This document shows positions 53,286 to 64,000 of a stretch of DNA of 64,000 bases, one piece after another. Position 1 is the stretch's first letter, and each line of letters begins with the position of its first letter. A model generated the notes under the pieces. It was not told the DNA's origin. It saw only the letters and a program-made list of their open reading frames with translations, and searched no databases. The DNA lies in contig OZ059895.1 in the NCBI GenBank assembly GCA_964057225.1, positions 7,068,001 through 7,132,000 on the forward strand. The letters are read 5' to 3'. The stretch comes from Auanema rhodensis (taxonomy: Eukaryota > Animalia > Nematoda). Position numbers and translations under genes: made by a program.

Positions 53286-55847
53286 TTACTGACTGAATGA
53301 TCCTACAGCTAAAAGCAAATTTCTTCGAGTGAAATGTAATCCTAGAACAGGAGTTTGCTTTGTGGGGTAATTAAATATGTTAAATCCGGACATATTGATT
53401 CTAAAATAATTAAAACCAATTAAAATCAAATAAGTAATAAAGTACTTAGGATCAAATGTTTGTTCATTTTGATTATTTGTAGCAGCTATAAGATTGTCTA
53501 AAGAATAAATTGAAACAGATGGACCTCCATGTGATACTGCGAAAGCTCCACCATCCCGGGAGAATGAAATAGAAGCCTGGCGAGAAACAGTCAATTATCA
53601 AAAAAAAACAAAACAAACCATAGTAGCAGAAATTGACTTAGTTTCCATTCCTGCAAGGCGATTATAGGCGACATCCCAAACACAGACAGCACCATCGCCG
53701 CCAACCGACACTACATAACGTCCATCTGGCGAAACTTTCACTCCTCGCACACCAGCTTTATGCCCACTAAAGGTGCGAACACATGTTCCATTCAACACAT
53801 CCCAAATCCGAACATAGCGATCGTCACTACCTGTTTATAAATAAATTTATATCATACTTGAAATTTGCTCACCTCCAACGATGTAGTTACAATTCGGGTG
53901 AAAATCAACACAGCTAACTCCACCGTAACTATCAGCAAACAAGCGAAGGGGGTTCATACGATCAGTGCACCATAATGCTGCACATTTATCAGAACTTCCG
54001 CTACAGAAATAGTATCCGCGATTACAGAATTGTACCTAAAGTTAAAACATAAGTACAAACATGTTCTTATCAAAAAAACGAACCTGCCAGGCAGGCATAC
54101 TCAGTCGATAAACAACGACATTTTTTTGAGCATCTGTACTCCACAGCCTGATAGTATTATCTTTGGCTGATGATACGATAAGACGTTTATCAGGTGAGAA
54201 GTTAACTGAATAAACGGGGCCACTATGTCCCTATAAATCAAACACTACACGTACTAACGTAACTTAAGCCTACCAAAAGCATAACGTTAGTAGAAGCTGT
54301 GTTCTCATCATACAACATCTCATGAAAGTTATCGGTTTCAGGATCAATCTGTACTTAGCCTGTGAGTAATATATTTGAAAAATCGAAACCTTCTCTAATT
54401 CTTCTATGTCCTTCAGCTTCTTCAATTTTTGAGCTTCGTCAAAAGCAAAAATGTTAATAGTCGAATCTCCAAACCTGAAAAAAACAATAGCATCAGAATA
54501 AAAATATCTAAATACCCAAGAGCCATTAATGAAGAATCATCTGATATATCGGCACTTGTAACTCCCCCATGAGCATTCAAAGCGGTGAACATGCAGATTG
54601 AAGGAGGGCTCTCCTGACTAACCATCGCCAGTTTGCCAGCATCCTGAAAGAAAAGTGTGAAAACTGACATACTCATTATTAAGAAGTTGAAATATTACTC
54701 GAATAGCTTTTCGCTTTTCTTCACGGTAACTCTCACTCATGGCAGGCAAAGGTATACGATCAGCAATAGGAGCAGTTGCTTGAACTTTCTTGTTATCCTT
54801 GACGTCTTTGCCTTTAGTTTTACGTTTCTCTATGGTTTGCATGAGCTCATCCCGTTGAACTCCATGTAGCATCTACAAAAATAAAAAATAAAATATTCAA
54901 ATAGTCTTTCATACCTTATGTCTTTGAAGATTTCTTCCCACTTGTCCTAAGATACCTCCCATTTGGCATTCTACACTCGATTTCAATTTTGAAACAACAT
55001 CGGATTCTAAATATACATATATGAATATATATTCTAAAATTTAGGCGTTTTACAACTCACGTTCAATCGATATATGGTCTTTAATTATATTCTTTAAAGT
55101 AGGGCTTCTCACCAGTAGTAATTCCAATTGCTTCATACATGAGCGTGACATTTTTACTACGAATGGCATTTTTCTATTTTAAGAATTAGTATTTTGAAAG
55201 AGATGTAAGCATTTACTGTAATAGTTGGGTATACGGATTTGTGTTAGCATGATGTGTGCTTGTGATTCTACTGAACAAATCGACTTGCTCTTCATATGGC
55301 GCAGGAATCCGCATTTTAAATTTCTCAAAAAATTCTTTTGCTAAATAATAATAAAATTGGTAAATAACATTAAACAATAGCTGCAAACCATTTTGAGCAC
55401 CGGCCTCATAAAGAAGTTTTAAAAAACAGTGAGCGAAAACAGGAAACAGTAATAAGCTAAACTCTGCTTGAAAAAAATCATAGGAAGTATCTACTTGATG
55501 TAACAGTGATTCAAATTCATTTACTATACTATCACTGAAAATTGCTAAATATTAAAAAAACAAGACGAGGAAGAGATACTTACTGTGTTGGAAATGTTCG
55601 ACCATTTGCTTCTCCAGAGCGAAGCATTGCTGAGGCTTCTTTCGATAATGATTCTTCTGTTTCCTATAAATTTGAAAAAAAAAACTTATCACCCATCTTT
55701 CGAAAGTTATACTTGTAATCCATTTTTTCTCAAATATGCCATAATCAGTTGTAGATATTCGGGAGTAAGTGGTTTCTCCGATAGATCGTCTGGTAAACCA
55801 TTACCATTATTAAAAGAAGTTCCGTTTGATGAATTTGTTTCCGTCAT
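53286..55847 (-). CDS. taf-5: TFIID subunit TAF5 (LisH-like, NTD2, WD40 repeats), multi-exon
   Basis: [13 protein letters not shown]; NTD2-like [19 protein letters not shown]; DRIPLPAM; [16 protein letters not shown]; WD40 repeats ([32 protein letters not shown]); TAF5-type C-terminus [23 protein letters not shown]. Acceptor TTTCCAG lies 3 nt before the ATG. Confidence 0.95.
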
Positions 55848-56460
55848 TCTCTGGAAAAATATGTATTATAATTTTATGATTTTCATAGAGGAACAATGAA
55901 AGAACAATATTGAAATCAAATGAATAATTATATAAATACATTCTTTGTTAATACACGTCAAAAAATGTCAAAAAAATTGAAGGAAGTCGATAAAAATTAA
56001 ACCAAACACTTCTAAATTTCAATATTCAAAATATTTAGACAAAAGCTGAATATCATTATACTTCAGTACTTTATTACTGACAGTTCATTTTTGTTAGATT
56101 GGATTTGTCGACTTAATACACCTTTTATTATTAAATTAATTTTACAAAACGAATTTAAAAAATTAATGAAAGCAATGTTTGGAATAATTTTACCATAAAA
56201 GCAATCATGAATTAATCCGGATCTTTAAAGTAACTTTTCACGTATTTTACGCAAATTCACGTTGACGAAATACAACATCTTGTTAGATGATTACCTAAGT
56301 TCAAATCATTAAAAAAGGTTGCATGTTGTGAAAATTAGTTTACAATCATAAAATTTCAAATTTAGCATTATGATTCTGCTTTGTATTGACGCTGAATTAG
56401 CTTTATAAATAGTATGCAAAATGAGGAGAGTCGAGACAGTTTGATCGATATCAACGCGCG

Positions 56461-56477
56461 CCCAACCCCCCCCCCCC
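56461..56477 (-). other. G-tract (G12-TT-GGG on the minus strand), potential G-quadruplex in a divergent promoter
   Basis: CCCAACCCCCCCCCCCC on the plus strand, between the head-to-head taf-5 and 56725 genes. Confidence 0.55.
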
Positions 56478-56724
56478 TTATTCGGCTGTGATCGGCCCAC
56501 CATATTGTTCCTGGCAACACCCAATAGCTGATCGCTATTTACGGAGCATTAGTGCCAAGTATTTCGGATAACGATCGGCCGGCTTCTGGCTTGATCAAGT
56601 CAGTCATTTAATATTCAACGGTTCTAGATCTTTCTTCATTACTGCGTTATCTATATTTGGAAGCGTTCTCGTACTAAATTTTCTGCTGTCGTCATATTCC
56701 ACTCGCGGACCAGCATTTTGTGAA

Positions 56725-58466
56725 ATGTTGCCAACACCAGCTGTGCCCAGTTCTTCAAACGTAGTACCAAACAGCCAATCCAATGAATTTTCATCTGATT
56801 CTGTTCCTTCTAATATTCAACAAAATTCTTTATGTGAATCTGCTATTGTGGGTAGTCCTGAAGTGTTTGGTGCTATGCAAGAAAATACTACATCAGCATG
56901 TGCAGCCGGACAATCGGCTATGGAGAATCATGTTCTCAACCCATCACCTAATTTAGGAAAAGAAGAAAGAATGAAAGATGACGAAGCGAACCTGTAAGTT
57001 TTCTAAGACAATCACATTGTTACTGATATAAATTTAGTCGATATATACGTGCCCCTGTACCAATGCGTCACTCTCCTCCAATCGAGGAATTGTTGAATTC
57101 ATTGAACCACTGGCAATGGGTTCAGATTGATGATGTACATCTACCTATAATTCTAAGAGAAGATGAACATTATGCCGCTGTTCATATGGTACAACTAAAA
57201 TTATTAAACAAGTTTCCGTCCGGGTTGCCAGCTGATGTTATGCAAAGGTAATTTTATGAATAACATTAAACATTTTTGTTTTGTTCATTTTTTAGGTTTA
57301 CAATGGTTTCTCATCATATGACTGAAATTGAAGCATGTGTATTCAATGCAGTAAATGTGGTTAGTCGTTCTTTTGATTTGGGCTGTCACGTATACACTGT
57401 AAAAGACGAAGTTGTCCGTCTGCAAGATGCTCTTGCATTCTATTGGCATGCTAAAGAGTATAATTTACACCGAACCTATTTTCTTTATGAAAAGGAAATC
57501 AGCACAAGTCATTGTAACTCCATATGTGCAGTGTTAAGTGTCTTGAAACAAGAATGCGTCAAAGCTATAGAGGTATGCGCCTTTTCTTTATATTGCTTTT
57601 GCATTTCTAATTTTATTCTGATATTTTCTATGTTTTTTTTTGTATTTTAGAAGACTCGTGATGAGATCGCTGCTAATTATTCAATTGCAAAAAGAATCGA
57701 GAATAAACGTAATCAGCTCAAGGATGCTTCTCTATCCATTCCTGCTTGTGTCCAGAACGGCTCACTGCTTATGGTTGCTCCAGCTAGTAACCACATTGAG
57801 GGGCAATCTACTCCCACAACTTCTGCAGCCTCATTACAAAGTAGAGTATCCAATACTCAGCCTTCTATAACCCCTGCACAAAGCCAAGGATTAAATTTAG
57901 CTCAAGCACAAGCTCAGAGATCATCAATGGATAGTCAAACTGCTACACAATCTGTTCCACAGCACTGCTTGAACCCTAGTATTCCTCAAGTTCCTTCTCA
58001 AATTTATTCTCAGGTTACTGTTCAGCCTACTAGCTCTATCCCTTTAGCTTCTGTTGTGCCCGTTCCTATTTCTGTAAATCCGCTCGTATCAAAACCATCG
58101 CTTAGCCCTTCTCAGCTCGCAACTGACACACAATCGTCAATCTTATCTCTTCAGTCATCCTCTTTACCTCCTAGTTCTATAATAACAACAGTTGTACAGA
58201 CTTCTTCACAGGCGAGCTCAATGACTCCAATATCGGAGGTATCGTACCAACCGTCTTCATTGATTCAAAATAAGAAAACACCTGATGAGACTCCTGGAAA
58301 TCAAGCGGAAAATATATCTGAACGTTCTGAATTGTCTGTTAGTACTACTGTTTGCAATACAGGCCCTAAGCAAAATACTGAGTCAATCACTACGCAGGTA
58401 CAAAGCCAAGCTCAACCATCAAATTCAGACTCTATAGATTCTAAAGAGGTAGACACATCTTTCTAA
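56725..58466 (+). CDS. Uncharacterised protein: globular middle domain plus S/Q/P/T-rich disordered ends; exons ~56725-56993, 57038-57247, 57296-57572, 57651-58448 or 58466
   Basis: Four ORF-track fragments join in phase through GT-AG introns. The domain includes HWQWVQIDDVHLPIILREDEHYAAVHMVQLKLLNKFP. The 3' end is uncertain (possible extra exon from 58515). Confidence 0.8.
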
Positions 58467-58907
58467 GTTGTCATGTTATTCACTGAAGAAACCTATATCT
58501 TTCCTCATTATCAGACAGGCAAAGCAAAGTACATATCGATTTCTCAAAAATTTTATTGTTCTGAACAAACTAATAAATATAAAATTTTAATTTTCCTCAT
58601 AGAAAACGTTTATATTGTAAGCTCGCAATAATAATACAATTCCTAATATTTGCAAGTAAAATGCACATGTGATATATTAAGAATTCTATATTTGATACAT
58701 AAATCTACTTTTTTCATATTTCGGTCATTGTTTTGACCTTACCCGATGATTGTAGATAAGAAGTTGCAATGATAACAAAAACATAAGAATAATATGATCG
58801 TGAGTAGAAAAGTGGTTAAACGGCCAAAACTTGTTTAGAAAGCCCTATTTAGGGAGAAAGATAAAAAACATGAGAGTAATTACTCCGAGATTTTAAAAAG
58901 CAGCAGT

Positions 58908-59810
58908 TTAAGAATATGAAAATAATCTACAAAGTTTTTTAATTGGAAAGCAAACAGCTTCTCCTAATAGACGACAGACATTGTTAAACGACATTGGAGG
59001 TCTAGCACCGTTTGTATAACGTACAAAGGTGAAGCCATCACCATAACTACTTTCCAAATGATAATAGTTTCTGAAATTCACAATAGTTTGACTGTACAAC
59101 ACTGTAGCACAGAAAGCTATAGGCTTTATTTGATATTGACAAAATTAATTGGAAAAACTTACAAAAGAGTGTCATGATGTATGAAGCCGTTCGTTTTATA
59201 AAACGAAATTGCAGCTAGATTAGTTGATAATACATGTAAAAATACGGCGCGTGGATACGGTGGGCTTTCAACAATCTTAAGCAATTAATGAAAAATTTTA
59301 AATATGGTCTTAAGATGAACCGTATCCAACAAATGACCAAGAAGTCTTGAAGCTAAACCCGCTCGTCGATATTCATTGTGCACTGCTAGGGATAAAATAT
59401 ATACCACATGCGAACTAGTATCAGACAGTATCTCACGATCCTTAACAGATCATTAGTTTCATAATTGGTGTTCTAACAAACCTCCATGTTACAATGAAGA
59501 ATTTTCTTTGTTTCTGATACCATAATGGCTGCTAATCGATTACCATCAAAGAGTCCGTGACTAATTAATGAGCCTGACACCACTTCTTCATACCTGAAAA
59601 AAAGATATTTCGAATGGTTCTTTCAAAAACAAAGAAAAAAAGATGTGAGACTCACCAGCAATCAGGATATTGAATTGGAAATGATGCTGTACAAATAGCT
59701 CGAACATCAGGCAAGTCAGAGGGCACTAATGGTCTTAGAATAAGTCGACGAACTAAATCGCTTTCAGACCGAAGGAGAGAATCACATTCATCTTTTAGAC
59801 TACACGGCAT
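58908..59810 (-). CDS. NAA60: N-alpha-acetyltransferase 60 (NatF)-like GNAT
   Basis: [75 protein letters not shown], and an amphipathic Cys-containing C-tail typical of NAA60. Confidence 0.88.
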
Positions 59811-60958
59811 TTTGTCCAAGACTTAAAGTCCATTCATATCGTCATCAAATACATTAAATTCTGGGAGAATTGAAGTACAGGGTTCAACGATTGTCAATTT
59901 AGTAAAATAATGTGATTACTCGGAGAAGAAGAAAGACGATGACGAGGCAAACCAGGAATCGAACTTTAGATGGAACATTGGCTCATAAGACCCATGAACC
60001 GATCGAACTGAAAATAATTGCTAGCTGACGATTTATGAGACAATTAATATGGGGTAGCGCTACAAACACTATGACCTCAGGGGAATATATTTAAGACATT
60101 GGGTCCATGTCTTATTTGGTCTATATAGACTTAAGAAGCTAGACACTATACAAACCATATATATGACAAATACGGACATTTTAAACTTACTTTGATCGAA
60201 AATAAAACTGATTTAAACTTGGTCGTGGGCAAAGGCAAGTTCTAAATGAAAACATTATTTCATTATATTAATATGAACTGATAAAATAGAAGAGTTCAGA
60301 CGAACGAAACAAAATAGAAAAATATGTTTAAAATGTTAACTAAAGAGGAGACAACGTGATTCAAAGAAAATTCCCAAGATAGTTATACATTTAACCCGAG
60401 ACTTTACGGGGATTCAAACAAATCAGTGTTGAACAATTCAACAGTGGCAGAAAATAAATTATAGAAACAAAGGGCAGCATTAGATCCACATTTAAAATTG
60501 TAACAGATGGAGTTACGTTTGTAAAAGATGATGGATCGAGTTTCACAGAAACTGATATCAGCATAATCAGTTCATCAAAAGCTTGCTGACTTTATCTCAT
60601 TAACTAATTCAGCTTTTAATTCGAAATAGCTGTGCAATTCAAGTCAAGAACTAGCATGATTCCAGAAAAAATAAAAGAGTCATGTAACATATTGTTACAA
60701 AACATTGCAAATGCAAACAGAAATAATATACTTTTAAGAATGTATAAATATTTTAGCGATCAAACGCTGAGTTTATCATGTTCTAGATTTGAAAAAATAT
60801 TGTTATTGATTTCTAAAAAAACGACAATTGATGAACATAGTATAATCTCTAAAAACATTTCTTCTTTTGATGAATACTTCATAAAGATAAATATAAATAA
60901 CGCAACAATAACAACTTTATAGATTACAAACAACTACTCTTAGAGCTTCCTACTTCAT

Positions 60959-62760
60959 TTACTTTCTGGTATTAAAATATGCAGGAGCTATTAGATACGC
61001 TGTGTTGTTCAGGGACGAAGCTGAATGGTCAAATATATGGCTAAAATGAATAGAAGAAAACATACTCATGCTGACCCAGTCCATTAGTTTAGTCCGGATT
61101 TCCTGATCACTAAGATTGGAATAGTCAAGACGCCGAATGTACATATGCTGTAAGAAAGAACTGCTCAATAAGCATTTGTTATTCATGAAAGAGCACATAC
61201 AAAGAGAAGCTGCCTAGTTGTAAGAGAATCGATGTATGATGGTAATGTTTCATCCAACAAACGTAAAAGCTTGACTCTGTTATTAAGACGTCCTTGAGTG
61301 TTAGGAACTGGATAGAGACCTTGTAACTTGCAGACTTTGTTCTAAATTTCGATCGGTCATTACTAACTAGATGAATACTCTTACAAAAACATCTCCTGAT
61401 AGTTTTTCCACTTTGGGCAAATCTATTTCACTAATCGAAGCAGGCTTAAAATGTTTTCGATGATGTACGTAAATAAACAAATAAAATTGCCTTCTTAAGA
61501 ATTTCGTGCAATTCAGGATATATTGAATTTGAGTTCTGGATTTCCATAGCAAAAAATTTTCTACGTTGCTCATCCGTCCAAAAATGACGAGTCAAAACGA
61601 CTCGGGGAAAGAAAATTCTGAAAAAGATTTGAATGTAACAGTAGGCACAACACTTTCTATTGCTGTTTTCAATAATCAACAATAGAAAAAGTATGCACAT
61701 ACACGCAGAACCCAATGAGATAAAAAGTTGCAGGTAGCGGGAGCAGGACAATAATCATTAAAGCTTTCAACGTTTCCGATGGCGTCTGTAAAATAAATGC
61801 TTCGGTATGTGAACGAAAACTGTAGGTTACTAAGATCATCTATTGGAACACTACATTATAATTATTTCACAGCACTCAATCTATACTAAAAGAACCTCAT
61901 CTGCTCCCGCACCTTTCGATTTATAGTGCCTATGTTTTCTGCTTCTATGAGCTTACACCGCCACCAAACCAAATGGCTACAGAAGAACTTACAGTAGAGC
62001 TATCAACACGTCACCAGGACCCGGAATTTGTAAGACGACAATGAGGAACATCATTTTCATGATTTCGCTACCACTCTAATAAAATGGAAGGTTTAAATAA
62101 GAACTCAAAATACTGTAAATTCAAGAAGCTGACACACTAGCGCAAGAAAAAGTAAGTAGACAACAGCAAATGAGGTTCCTTATTAATTCATATTTGGCAT
62201 ACCTGAACAAGAACTTCTAACTCTGACGTCGAAAGGGTACTTAGACTAGTCTTCCCTGACATTAAACCTCGACGAAGCTTAATATACGTTTTGATATCAT
62301 TTAAACACCATTTGGATCCTTTGAAAGAGAACGTTTATCTTTTTAAGAAAATACACATACATACCTTCAAAAACCAATTTGTTCAAAGCAGCTACTTTTG
62401 GCCATTTCTCTAAAAAGTTTTCCCATTTAAATCGAAGAGAGGTTGGGTCTGGAGGAGCAACCGGTGGAGGACCAGCAGAAGTAAATCTGGAAACAATTAA
62501 ATAAATAAAAAACAAAAACTTTGTAAAGAATGCAACTGCATTCGCATATATCAATCTAGGAATGAGAAGCATAACGATTAGTTGGAAAGCAATTGGATTT
62601 AGGATTCCAGTTCAGTTATGGGTGAACTAACAATTCAAAAACTCGTTCAATTTGCTATTTGCTATGGAAATAGGAAATAATACCTTATAGATGTTCTAAA
62701 TGAAGTCAGAGTAGGCAGGCGTAAAACCACAGTGGGATTCAAGGCTCTTCTTAACGACAT
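60959..62760 (-). CDS. LETMD1: LETM1-domain mitochondrial inner-membrane protein (LETMD1-like) with mutually exclusive exon 4
   Basis: Arg/Ser-rich presequence MSLRRALNPTVVLRLPTLTSFRTSIRF; KLVFEGSKWCLNDIK; LSTSELEVLVQ; TM exon; IFFPRVVLTRHFWTDEQRRKF; RVKLLRLLD; ends APAYFNTRK*. All exons join in phase. Confidence 0.8.
61703..61785 (-). CDS. LETMD1-like mutually exclusive exon B (83 nt, phase 0 to 2): TPSETLKALMIIVLLPLPATFYLIGFC(V)
   Basis: TTTTACAG acceptor, GTATGT donor, open frame, aligns without gaps to exon A. Confidence 0.85.
61993..62075 (-). CDS. LETMD1-like mutually exclusive exon A (83 nt, phase 0 to 2): SGSEIMKMMFLIVVLQIPGPGDVLIAL(L)
   Basis: TTTTATTAG acceptor, GTAAGT donor, open frame, same length and phase as exon B. 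Confidence 0.85.
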
Positions 62761-63279
62761 CCTGCAAGCAAAATCGTATTATTGTAAATATAAGAAAAAG
62801 TATAAATGAGAGCAAATACTGAACAGGTTATAAACCCCACGAACATACCATAACCAAGAAAAAGCGTTTGAGTACAATTTATTATTATTAATGATACAGG
62901 TAATCAGTTAATGAAAGAACAGAACAATTGAGAACAGTTACTATTATGGAGACTAGTAAGAATTAATGAAAAAATAATAAATATCAGGCAAGAAGTTAAT
63001 TATTATGGCAACAATTCTACACCAAGAAATTTAAGTACCCATTTTGCACATATAAATATACATATATACATATATGTATATATATATATTTTTTATTATT
63101 ATGAAAGATGACAGAAGTGCATACACGCTATATTCTTAAACGCCTAATACGTGCTGAAAAAACAAACAAACGGAAATTATGATACAGTCTTTTGTACAAA
63201 ATCAGAACTCTGGAAAATAAATATTCTCTTTTTATATTCGTGTTATTTCTTTTTCTTTCTGTGAACAAGGATGTAAAAA

Positions 63280-64000
63280 TCACAAACGTGTTATTTCGGC
63301 GGCTAACGAATTACCACTATCAGCTCTCTTCAAAGAACAGGCCTTATCAACACAGTATGAATCCGATAGGTCACCGAGAGTAGGTGATGGGTCGTCAGGA
63401 TGGTCAGGCTCTATTCCCTGTGAAATCATTGAATCCCCACCAGGACACAAGCCCGGCAACGAAGAGCCCGAAGTGTTAGCAGAGTCGCTAGTTAAAGCTA
63501 GTTGCTTGGGGGCAAATTCTGTAAACAAGCGGCAATAGGAGTTATATTCAAAAAATAACGATATTACCATATTTATCAACAATTTTCTTTTCTTCTCGTT
63601 CCAAAGCTTCTAGCATTTTTTGTTTTTCTCTCAATATATATTGCAGTTGAAGTGAACGAGCCGACAACTGAATAATTCGAGCAATATTCTGAACCAAAAA
63701 TATAGTTTAAGTTTGAAACTTGGAAGGCCTACTTGGAACAACACTACTAATCTCATTTGTAGCTGAGATGATATTATGCTTACTAGTGATGAATGTGATT
63801 CACCAATAACTGAGACACCATTAACGGCTATTACTACATCGCCTATAATCAATTATCTAGTTTTAAAATTGACAAGGAGTTTTAACCTCTCCTTATACCA
63901 GCTTTCGAAGCTGGGGCTCCATCTTGAACATAATCTACATAAGTAATACGTTCCACGGAATTTGTCCCACGTTTGAAAACGTATGACTGAACAAGATTAT
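63280..64000 (-). CDS. gras-1: GRASP/tamalin/CYTIP-like PDZ scaffold, 5' end outside the window; exons >64000-63887, 63842-63733, 63688-63568, 63518-63280
   Basis: PDZ segment [40 protein letters not shown], followed by the leucine-zipper [32 protein letters not shown]; C-terminal EITRL*. Confidence 0.85.

Noticed and set aside
60632-60922. 96-aa plus-strand ORF
   Set aside because: AT-rich, GTG start, antisense to the LETMD1-like 3' region; no coding signature.

Overview
AT-rich eukaryotic DNA, almost certainly a nematode (about 45-nt introns, TTTCAG-type acceptors, outron-like acceptors just before start codons, proteins closest to rhabditid orthologues as I recall them). The first half (1-~31565) is an uninterrupted non-coding 252-bp satellite array of about 125 copies with nested higher-order duplications. 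The second half is gene-dense: ceh-2/Emx homeobox (+), tRNA-Gly(GCC) (-), a ZNF423/521(OAZ)-like zinc-finger gene (+), a small unassigned two-exon gene (+), a DUF1647 gene (-), apb-3 (-), taf-5 (-), an uncharacterised gene (+), NAA60-like (-), LETMD1-like (-) and the 3' part of gras-1 (-). The most interesting signals are in the unusually long introns. (i) LETMD1-like has two 83-nt mutually exclusive exons encoding alternative transmembrane segments, flanked by crossing long-range RNA stems and a UNC-75-type element. (ii) An apb-3 intron can form an ~30-bp duplex that buries its own 5' splice site. (iii) Both loci share an identical GC-rich 13-mer (GGUUUGGUGGCGG). The OAZ-like gene also carries a cluster of COE/EBF sites and a canonical Smad/Schnurri element. 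All gene models and pairings were derived by hand; no searches or folding programs were run.
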